Below, one piece after another: positions 1-7,371 of a DNA stretch of 32,000 nucleotides. The stretch's first letter is position 1, and the number at the start of each line of letters is the position of its first letter. A program made the position numbers and the translations under genes. Source of the DNA: Acinetobacter wanghuae (GTDB lineage: Bacteria > Pseudomonadota > Gammaproteobacteria > Pseudomonadales > Moraxellaceae); assembly GCF_009557235.1 (NCBI RefSeq), contig NZ_CP045650.1:1710001-1742000 (forward strand), written 5' to 3'. A model generated the notes under the pieces. That model was given only the letters and a program-made list of their open reading frames with translations, was not told the origin of the DNA and ran no database searches.

Positions 1-2679
1 TTGCTTAAAATCCTTAACCGACTTCGCTGTATCTGCATCTATAATCACACTTCGATCTAAGAGATCCACAACTGCTACACCTGTTGTTTCAAGATCTTGC
101 TGTTCAATGGTGGCTTCAATAAATCCATGTAAAAATTGAATTACAGATACTATCGGGCGAGGCTTAGCTAAGATATTAGGCTTACATGCCTCATATAAGG
201 CAGCAACGGTATTAAAGTGAACATTGAATGTTTTTCGATATTCATCTTTTTCTAGTAACCGATCGGCATATTCACCAAATAAAGTATTCTCTTTAAACGT
301 ACCGCCATTCTTATTACGAGTTTCTAAGATTTTGTTTAGATTAATATCCTTAGACTCACAATATTCTAGGGTCTTCGTAATCGCTTCATCCAGCATATCG
401 AAAAGTACGGTTTTATCCTGGACGGGCGCATCTATTTCTCCATCTTCACCAGTGCCTTGGCCGTAATCTTTTAAAGCTGTTTTTAGATTCCTAAATACGT
501 TGTAGTAATCAATAACTTCACCATTTCTTTTCTCTACAAGCTCGCCGTCGGTATTCTGAATACGATATGACGTTACTCGGTTGGCACGAGCAATGGTTTG
601 CATCAAGGTATGACCTTTCATTGGCTTGTCTAAGTACAGCGTAGATACCGTTGGCGCATCAAAACCTGTCAGCCACATTGCACAGACGAAAACAAGTTGT
701 AGCGGATGCGCTGGATCTTTAAAGTTATCCTCAATATCAGCCCCATTCGTATCAACTTTACTCAGGCGGTCAATATGTGTCTGAATATCTAGACCTTGTT
801 TATCAAAGCGTTCTTTTTCTGCACTCGGATCACTAATGACCACCGCCATTTGCACCGTGCTCATATACTTTTGGCGTTGCTTTAAACGATGTTTTTCAAC
901 ATCATTTTTAGAGTTATGAATACGTGTTTGTAAATGTTTAAGCTCTTCTTTCCAAAGTTTTGAAACTTTTTCATACATTCGTACAGCCGTAAACTGATCT
1001 ACGGCGACCATCATGCCCTTACCCAAATATCCACGGCGTGGGAAATGGTAGACAATATCTTGGGCAATACGATCTAGACGATCATCTCGTTTAATAACTT
1101 CAAGTTCCGTAGAATACTTCCGCTCAAGCTTTTCTTTTTGTGCTTCGTTTAACTCTTCGTCTTCTAAAATTTCAGCAAGCTCTTCATTCAGATCATCATT
1201 TTGAAGTAATACTTCTGGAACTCGTTTTTCATAGAACAGTGGCAGCGTTGCTTTATCTTCAATTGCCTGTTGGAAGGTATATTCCGAAACATACTCACCA
1301 AACCATTGCTTGGTCTTTTTCTGTTTAAGGATCGGTGTACCCGTAAAAGCAAGAAAATGTGCGCCGTCTAAACCTTTACGCATGTTCTCGGCAAGAGATT
1401 CATATTGTGTACGATGCGCTTCATCGACAATGACAATCACTTCACGCTCAGCAGGATTGAATAGCTGTGGATACTCTTGACCTTTCTCGTATCTGAACTT
1501 TTGAATTAGGGTAAATACAATTTTGGTATTTTGACTGAGTAAGGTGCGAAGATGGGTACTGTTTTTCGGTTGTGCTGCTTCTTTTTCTAAAACTGCTTTG
1601 GTCTGTATAAAGTTTTTATAAATCTGTGAATCCAAGTCTTCACGATCCGTAATCACCACAAAGCTAAAATTACCTGTGACTTTACGATAAATCTTTCTGA
1701 CATAAAAAATCATCGAGAAACTTTTACCAGAGCCTTGAGTATGCCAAAACACACCCAGACGACCTTGTAACTCATCACGCTTTAAAAAGTTTTGAAAGGC
1801 ATGATTAACCCCCAAGAACTGATGGTTCTGAGCGATAATTTTATGTTTTTCATTTTGGAATAAAATAAAGTTTTCAATATAGTCTAATAGTCGCTCAGGA
1901 CGGCAAAGACCACGTAGCAAGTATTCAATACTTGTGCCTTGTTCCTCAATTTCTTCTTTGTTGACCTTTTCTTTTTCTTGATCTACACGCAACCAGTTAA
2001 AGAAATGCTCCCACTCAGCGGTAAAACTTCCGAGCTTGGTATCTGTGGCATTGGATAGCACACAAAATGCGTTGGTTAAGAACAATTGTGGAATATCATT
2101 TTTATAATTTTTTAAGTTGTCATCAAAGGCATTCTTGAGCTTTACATTGGAGTTTTTCAGCTCAATAAATACGAGTGGTAAACCATTGACATACAGAATG
2201 AGATCAGGACGGCGATAAGCACAATGTGGTGTGCGTCCTGTAGATTGAATCCATAACTGAGACACCACCAAGAACTCGTTATTTTCAGGATTTTCAAAAT
2301 CAATAAGTTTTAAAGAGACATTTTCATGTTTCTCGCCGTGGATATCTTCATAAGTAATTGATGCACCATCACGGATATCTGCATAGAGACTCATATTGGC
2401 TTTAATCGCTGACATGGAGCCACGGCGATCCATCAATCTAGAGACAGCTGTTTCAATGACATCTAAAGGGACTTGGGGATTCAATTGCACGCATTTGGCA
2501 ATCACACGATCTTTTAAGATGACATCTTTTTTGTCTGTACGACCTGAACCATCATTTAGGTCACTTGAATCTGTGGTATAGCAATTGAGATGCTGATACT
2601 CAAATTCATTGCTTAAAACTGCAATGGTTGCTTGTTCAATGTCATCTTCACTGATGAAGTTACGTGTTACTTTTGCCAC
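1..2679 (-). CDS. hsdR: Type I restriction enzyme R subunit (HsdR); N-terminal ~893 codons, C-terminus lies beyond the window start
   Basis: Minus-strand frame is open from GTG at 2679 (in-frame TAA two codons upstream, purine-rich AGGGATATAGGGGA just upstream) to position 1. It is absent from the ORF track because it has no stop in the window. No minus-strand fragments are listed in 1-2700, which is consistent with one uninterrupted frame. Hand translation gives VAKVTRNFISEDDIEQATIAVL..., the nuclease-region motif RRPDLILYVNGLPLVFIELK, Walker A VFWHTQGSGKSFSM and DEAH box VIVIVDEAHRTQY. It sits immediately downstream of hsdS. Confidence 0.9.
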   Translation of the reverse strand, partial: MAKVTRNFISEDDIEQATIAVLSNEFEYQHLNCYTTDSSDLNDGSGRTDKKDVILKDRVIAKCVQLNPQVPLDVIETAVSRLMDRRGSMSAIKANMSLYADIRDGASITYEDIHGEKHENVSLKLIDFENPENNEFLVVSQLWIQSTGRTPHCAYRRPDLILYVNGLPLVFIELKNSNVKLKNAFDDNLKNYKNDIPQLFLTNAFCVLSNATDTKLGSFTAEWEHFFNWLRVDQEKEKVNKEEIEEQGTSIEYLLRGLCRPERLLDYIENFILFQNEKHKIIAQNHQFLGVNHAFQNFLKRDELQGRLGVFWHTQGSGKSFSMIFYVRKIYRKVTGNFSFVVITDREDLDSQIYKNFIQTKAVLEKEAAQPKNSTHLRTLLSQNTKIVFTLIQKFRYEKGQEYPQLFNPAEREVIVIVDEAHRTQYESLAENMRKGLDGAHFLAFTGTPILKQKKTKQWFGEYVSEYTFQQAIEDKATLPLFYEKRVPEVLLQNDDLNEELAEILEDEELNEAQKEKLERKYSTELEVIKRDDRLDRIAQDIVYHFPRRGYLGKGMMVAVDQFTAVRMYEKVSKLWKEELKHLQTRIHNSKNDVEKHRLKQRQKYMSTVQMAVVISDPSAEKERFDKQGLDIQTHIDRLSKVDTNGADIEDNFKDPAHPLQLVFVCAMWLTGFDAPTVSTLYLDKPMKGHTLMQTIARANRVTSYRIQNTDGELVEKRNGEVIDYYNVFRNLKTALKDYGQGTGEDGEIDAPVQDKTVLFDMLDEAITKTLEYCESKDINLNKILETRNKNGGTFKENTLFGEYADRLLEKDEYRKTFNVHFNTVAALYEACKPNILAKPRPIVSVIQFLHGFIEATIEQQDLETTGVAVVDLLDRSVIIDADTAKSVKDFKQ

Positions 2680-2729
2680 AATTTATCCCCTATATCCCTC
2701 TAAATATGTCTATATTTTTTTATAACTTA

Positions 2730-3992
2730 CTATTCTTGCATTGATGGTGGAAAATGAATATCTAAGTCTTCCACTGATAGTTTTCCTGAAATTAATCTAG
2801 GCAGAAGACTACCTTTTTGCTCTTCCAACATTTGATTCATCTGAGATAATTTTTTAATCATTTCAAATTTTGAAGAAACCAAATTAAAATATTTCTCAAT
2901 AAGTTCATCTGTGGGTTTAATTATTTCTAAATTGCTGAATTTACCCTTACTTAAATTAGTCATTGTCGCCCCAGTAGCACCATAAAGCTCTATCTGCGGT
3001 TTTAAATATTTGATCGAATAATAAGCCCAATATAAGAACTTCTTATTTGCTACGGATAAAGAATTAATTTGCTGATTAGTGCAACCTTTCTTGGTAGAAA
3101 TAGCTGTAACACCACCACTACCAATACACGTAACCATAATTTCATTCGCTTCAATAATCTGAGACTTTTGTGAGTTTAGCCCTTGCTCAGTTAAAGTTTC
3201 AGCGGTCTCAAAAACGAATACTTTGTCGTGCATATCTGGTGTTTTATAGAATGGATACTCACCCCCATAAAATTCACTATTATAAGTTGATGGTGTTTTA
3301 CCTGTACGTATTTTTCCTAAAGATTCTAAAGTAGTGTATGACCAATCTCTAGGAACTCCTTTCTCAAACTCTGTATTTTCATAATTAGGAAAACGAAAAC
3401 GTACAAACCATTCTTTATATAGCTCTTCAGCCATATTTTCTAAAATTTGGATACGCTTTTTATTGTTTTCAATAAGGTCATCGTAAGCTGAAAGAACAGC
3501 GGCGATTTTCTTTTGTTCTGAAATTGGCGGAAATGGTATTGATATCTTCTCAGCATCTGGAACACGAATATGCTCAACCGTTGATCCTGAGCCAAGTGCT
3601 TTAAGCTGACCTTGAATAGGTCCACCTAATAAAGAATAGTATAAAAACCGTTGATTTAAATTAATCCCATTCGCACGGTAAATCATTGTCCGTTGACCTA
3701 GAAAAAATTTATGATTAGTTCTAATTAGACCAACATCCCCCAATGGAGCTTCTCGGGTTAATACGATATCTCCTTTTTTTGGTGTTAATCTCCTATTCCA
3801 CTTAAGGAAGACGTCTTCTTCAACGCAACGCATACCATCTAATATAATTCGACCATTTTTGACGTTAGTTGTTCGAATCATTTTAAATTCAGTATCATAA
3901 TCTACAATTGGAGCCGTCTTATTCACACAATCAACAATAGCATTACAAATTTCATTTGCAGGTTTAATCTGCCAGTGCTTAGGAAACATCAA
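2730..3992 (-). CDS. hsdS: Type I restriction-modification specificity subunit (HsdS), two target-recognition domains
   Basis: 420-aa ORF. It has the typical HsdS conserved central helix (EQKKIAAVLSAYDDLIENNKKRIQILENMAEELYKEWFVRFRFP) and a matching C-terminal helix (ELIEKYFNLVSSKFEMIKKLSQMNQMLEEQKGSLLPRLISGKL). These separate two variable halves. There is a 4-nt ATGA overlap with the hsdM stop (3989-3992). Confidence 0.9.
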   Translation of the reverse strand: MMFPKHWQIKPANEICNAIVDCVNKTAPIVDYDTEFKMIRTTNVKNGRIILDGMRCVEEDVFLKWNRRLTPKKGDIVLTREAPLGDVGLIRTNHKFFLGQRTMIYRANGINLNQRFLYYSLLGGPIQGQLKALGSGSTVEHIRVPDAEKISIPFPPISEQKKIAAVLSAYDDLIENNKKRIQILENMAEELYKEWFVRFRFPNYENTEFEKGVPRDWSYTTLESLGKIRTGKTPSTYNSEFYGGEYPFYKTPDMHDKVFVFETAETLTEQGLNSQKSQIIEANEIMVTCIGSGGVTAISTKKGCTNQQINSLSVANKKFLYWAYYSIKYLKPQIELYGATGATMTNLSKGKFSNLEIIKPTDELIEKYFNLVSSKFEMIKKLSQMNQMLEEQKGSLLPRLISGKLSVEDLDIHFPPSMQE

Positions 3993-6202
3993 ACGCCTCC
4001 TTCTGATAAGAGCTGTTTAAGATTTAAAGATATGATCTTCTCTAAATCTGATGCTTCAGAATTCAACATCATTAATTCATCACTTGCCTGACGAAGCTCT
4101 TCGAAAAACTCTTCTTCTGTACGCCCGTCTTCCTCGATTACAACACCTACATAACGCCCAGCATTTAAAGAGTAATCTTGCTCTCTGACCTCTTCAGGTG
4201 TTGCCAACTTACAAAGACCCGTCACGTCTTCATATTCAGCATTTGGGAAACGCTCTTGCAACCATGAAATATGGTTAAAGAAATACTCAGCTTCGCTACG
4301 GTCAGCTTTAATATTGGCAAGCAAGGCTTTCACTTCTTTAATATCTGCGGATAAGCCATTTAATTCTTTAAGCTTCGCATCCTTCACTTTAAACAGATCT
4401 TTATTGTCATTTGCCTTCGCTTCAGCGGCTTCAGCACGAGTTAATTTAACTAACTCATTATGTGCTTTTTCTTTTTCACGAATCGCCTTATCTAAAACTT
4501 TGGCTTCATCAGCAATGGCTTTAAAAAACGGCGTAAAACTTGCTCTTAATGTTTTTTGAGCTTCATTCAGTTGGACCACTAAATCCTTTGTGACTACTTG
4601 AGGGAAAGTTTTCACATAAGCTTCAAAGCTTTCTTTAAGTGGTTTAAGCGCGTGCCAATGTGTATTTAGCGTATCAACACTTTGAACAATGGCCGCATCA
4701 TCTTTTAAAGCTTCTTTGAGCTTGTTAAAACTTGGCTCAACATGAGGAACCGTAGCTTCAAGTTTTGCCATACCTTGTCTAAAGTAATCATCCACCAAAC
4801 TAATATATTCATGATTACGCCCCTTATGTAGCTTACTAATCATGGCAATATTCAGAATCTGCTCGTCAGTAAAATCACGATGGGCACGGTCAATCTGTCT
4901 AAAAATGTTGCGGGCATCAATAAACAAAATCTTGTCATCTGTTTTATTTTTATCGAAGAACCATAAGGTTGCAGGTAACGTTACGGTATAGAACATATTT
5001 GATGGCAAAGTGAGCATGCCATAAATCAAATTATTCTCGATCAATGCCTGGCGTACATCAGCCTCAGAATTACGTGCATCTGAAGCTGAGTTAGGCATAA
5101 CTAACGCTGCACGACCACTATTAGATAGCTTCGCTTGCTCTGCATTCTTCAGTGAAGTGGCAAATAAATTAATCCAAAGGTAGTTGGCATTAGGAACTGT
5201 TTCAGCCTTGGCATTATCATCGGCTTTTTTAGTTTTGGTTTTGTTACGAGGTAAACCATAGGTATTAAAACGAGGATCTTTTTCAACAGTCGCTAGTGCC
5301 ACATCATCCACGTTAAATGGTGGATTCGCCATGATGTAGTCAAACTTTTCAAAGCCCTTAAACGGATCTTCTGCATAAGAGTTTGCTTGTCGAATATCAC
5401 CTTTTAGACCATTTACAAACAAGTTCATTTTGGCAAGTTTGCCCGTATCAAGCGTCTTTTCTTGACCGTAGACAAATAAGCTATTGTTTGTCTCAGCTTC
5501 ACCTAGCTTTTTGCTCAGCTCTTTACGGCGCTCTACAAATTGTAAAGACTGAACAAACATACCACCCGAACCACAGGCAGGATCATATACAGAGCCGTTA
5601 TACGGTTCGATCATTTCAACCATCAATCGAACAACTGAAGTTGGTGTAAAGAATTCACCACCTTTTTGACCTTCAGACAAAGCAAACTTACCTAAGAAGT
5701 ATTCGTAAATCTTACCAAACACATCCCCTGAAGCATCAGAAGGAATATTTGAAAAACTACGAACCAAAGCTTTTAAAGCCTGTTTACTTTGAGCTAAGCG
5801 ATTAAATGCCTGATAATCATTTTTAGGCAAGACATCTTTAAAATCTTCTTGACCTTGATGATCTTCAATCACCTGCATCGCTTCTTTGATTTTTGATGCT
5901 AAATCTTCACTTTCTGGAAGTTCGAGTAAGTAGTTATAACGAGCATTATCGGGTAAATAGAAACCACAATGTTTAATGGCAATTTCAGCCAGAGTCTTTT
6001 CACGGCGTGTCCCTTTAAGTTCATTAAACTCTTTTAAAATCGCTTCTTCAGTAGCGCCGTATTTATTATCAGCAAATTTTAAGAAAATTAGACCAAGTAC
6101 AGGCGTTGAATACTCATTGGGTTTTAAGTCTGTATTTGCACGCAGGCTATCTGCTGCTGACCAAAGTTGATCTTCTAACTGTTTTAACTCATTAAGGTTC
6201 AT
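3989..6202 (-). CDS. hsdM: Type I restriction-modification N6-adenine DNA methyltransferase subunit (HsdM), long form
   Basis: 737-aa ORF. It has an HsdM N-terminal helical domain (LWSAADSLRANTDLKPNEYSTPVLGLIFLKF), AdoMet motif I (VYDPACGSGGMF) and catalytic motif IV (IMANPPFNV). A C-terminal DYSLNAGRYVG element is typical of HsdM-type methylases. It is translationally coupled to hsdS. Confidence 0.92.
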   Translation of the reverse strand: MNLNELKQLEDQLWSAADSLRANTDLKPNEYSTPVLGLIFLKFADNKYGATEEAILKEFNELKGTRREKTLAEIAIKHCGFYLPDNARYNYLLELPESEDLASKIKEAMQVIEDHQGQEDFKDVLPKNDYQAFNRLAQSKQALKALVRSFSNIPSDASGDVFGKIYEYFLGKFALSEGQKGGEFFTPTSVVRLMVEMIEPYNGSVYDPACGSGGMFVQSLQFVERRKELSKKLGEAETNNSLFVYGQEKTLDTGKLAKMNLFVNGLKGDIRQANSYAEDPFKGFEKFDYIMANPPFNVDDVALATVEKDPRFNTYGLPRNKTKTKKADDNAKAETVPNANYLWINLFATSLKNAEQAKLSNSGRAALVMPNSASDARNSEADVRQALIENNLIYGMLTLPSNMFYTVTLPATLWFFDKNKTDDKILFIDARNIFRQIDRAHRDFTDEQILNIAMISKLHKGRNHEYISLVDDYFRQGMAKLEATVPHVEPSFNKLKEALKDDAAIVQSVDTLNTHWHALKPLKESFEAYVKTFPQVVTKDLVVQLNEAQKTLRASFTPFFKAIADEAKVLDKAIREKEKAHNELVKLTRAEAAEAKANDNKDLFKVKDAKLKELNGLSADIKEVKALLANIKADRSEAEYFFNHISWLQERFPNAEYEDVTGLCKLATPEEVREQDYSLNAGRYVGVVIEEDGRTEEEFFEELRQASDELMMLNSEASDLEKIISLNLKQLLSEGGV

Positions 6203-6265
6203 AATTTTTCCAAATCAATTTATATGTCCGATCTGCTCATTTTCTTTGAGCATTTATTTTTCCAG

Positions 6266-6592
6266 TTATGCCTTTTGCAAAGACAAGATGAATTTCTGAA
6301 TCATCTCTCTTTCTGACTCTGGTAACTCTTGAATAGATTTAGCAATTGGATCAGTGCCTAGGTCTGAATATTGATCAGTGCGTCCCAGCAAGTAATCACT
6401 TGATACATTCAAAACAACTACTAACTTATAAAAGTTTTCCAAAGATGGCTTTCGAGAACCAGCTTCGATATGAGAAATGGAAGTTGATGGGATACCTGTT
6501 TTGTCAGCAATATCCTGCTGCGTCATTTTTCTTTGTGTTCTTATTTCTTTGAGCCGTACACAAAACAGCTTAGAATCCATCTCAATCAACAT
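6266..6592 (-). CDS. XRE/Cro-C1-type helix-turn-helix transcriptional regulator
   Basis: The ORF track gives 6266..6643, but the first 17-21 codons (MQTCPFSQVFVVDLWCF) look like read-in. A TAGACA-N17-TATATA promoter-like element on the minus strand would start transcription at about 6643. Likely starts are ATG 6592 or ATG 6580. The HTH core is RLKEIRTQRKMTQQDIADKTGIPSTSISHIEAGSRKPSLENFYKLVVVL. It is co-oriented with hsdM and ends 63 nt upstream of it. Confidence 0.75.
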   Translation of the reverse strand: MLIEMDSKLFCVRLKEIRTQRKMTQQDIADKTGIPSTSISHIEAGSRKPSLENFYKLVVVLNVSSDYLLGRTDQYSDLGTDPIAKSIQELPESEREMIQKFILSLQKA

Positions 6593-6605
6593 AAAACACC
6601 ATAAA

Positions 6606-6819
6606 TCGACAACAAAAACTTGACTAAATGGACAAGTTTGCATATATATATTGACAGTATTCTATTGTCTATTTCGACAAAAAGACATCTCAAAAGAAAA
6701 TTAAAGGAGGGGAAATTATATGAATAATATTGTATGTGCATGAATACAAGATCTCGACAATCCTGTACTCATGCTTTCCATTCCAAATGACTGAAATGAA
6801 AGATTGTAAAACTTCGACA
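6606..6819 (+). promoter_or_regulatory. Divergent control region with four same-orientation TCGACA(A) boxes
   Basis: TCGACA occurs at 6606, 6674, 6754 and 6814 (contexts aTCGACAAc, tTCGACAAa, cTCGACAAt, tTCGACATt). Related TGGACAAG (6629) and TTGACAGT (6651) are also present. The region lies between the XRE gene (minus) and the 105-aa ORF (plus). Confidence 0.4.
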
Positions 6820-6877
6820 TTTTACCTTTGCATTCTTTCATAACAGACCATGTAAGTAAATTCACTTGGAGTCTATT

Positions 6878-7195
6878 ATGAGCAGCTCACCTAGCCATAT
6901 CCCTGTTTTTATCCATCCAGCAATTAAAAATCTGAATGTAGGTCAAATTTCTAAGATTATTGCTTCAAAAATTATCGAAACTACGGCACTTCAAATTCAA
7001 TTTAGCCACTCTTTTTGTCAACAACTTGGCGTTGCTGAACACCTTAATACCTATCAAGCTGTTGCATACTTCACAGACAATCGATCTTTTGAAAAGTACG
7101 GATTTAACCAATCTGAACTTATCAAATTTCATGAAGTCTATGAAGAAATTTTAGCTGAGTTTAATAGCAGAGTGAGCTATCAAAAAACAGTATGA
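6878..7195 (+). CDS. Hypothetical protein (105 aa from ATG 6878; track ORF begins at TTG 6866)
   Basis: GGAG at 6868-6871 lies 6 nt before ATG 6878. I recognise no motif. It is divergent from the XRE gene and convergent with the primase-like gene. Confidence 0.5.
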   Translation: MSSSPSHIPVFIHPAIKNLNVGQISKIIASKIIETTALQIQFSHSFCQQLGVAEHLNTYQAVAYFTDNRSFEKYGFNQSELIKFHEVYEEILAEFNSRVSYQKTV

Positions 7196-7254
7196 GAAAA
7201 TTGAATAACATGAACAAGTTAACTATAACCAGATGATTTTAAAAGAAGTTTATA

Positions 7255-7345
7255 TTGCTCATCAAGTTGCTCATGCAGATCATGGTGAGCAACTTGAATA
7301 ATCATAATTTTCAACAACTTAATCTCATGTTGCTCAACTTGAGCA
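7255..7345. repeat. Iteron-like repeat cluster / candidate replication origin, or a bidirectional hairpin terminator region
   Basis: A perfect 12-bp inverted repeat is formed by TCAAGTTGCTCA (7262-7273) and TGAGCAACTTGA (7286-7297) around a 12-nt spacer. A second palindrome TGCTCAAcTTGAGCA lies at 7331-7345. The TTGCTCA/TGAGCAA core occurs five times (7255, 7267, 7286 inverted, 7330, 7339 inverted and partial). The two repeat sets flank an AT-rich spacer at 7298-7329. The cluster lies directly 3' of the primase/ATPase gene. Confidence 0.5.
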
Positions 7346-7371
7346 TATTAATCAAGATAAAATCCTTAAAA

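Noticed and set aside
224-2581. Plus-strand ORFs 224..466, 1140..1328 and 2396..2581
   Set aside because: All are antisense to the continuous hsdR reading frame, and their translations have no motifs.
3770-3785. A7/T7 run inside hsdS as a possible phase-variation tract
   Set aside because: The run is only 7 nt, encodes an in-frame PKKG, and is shorter than tracts that usually slip at useful frequency. No inverted hsdS' cassette or recombinase is nearby.
3440-6170. Track ORFs 3440..3625(-), 4314..4559(+), 5383..5649(+) and 5976..6170(+) inside hsdS/hsdM
   Set aside because: They lie in alternate frames of, or antisense to, well-supported long genes. Their products are low-complexity (Ser/Leu/Phe-rich), and they have no SD. 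They are typical shadow ORFs of AT-rich coding DNA.
6266-7195. Toxin-antitoxin interpretation of the XRE gene plus the 105-aa ORF
   Set aside because: The two genes are divergent and separated by ~290 bp. They are not an overlapping co-directional pair as in XRE-type TA modules. A switch or regulator reading fits better.
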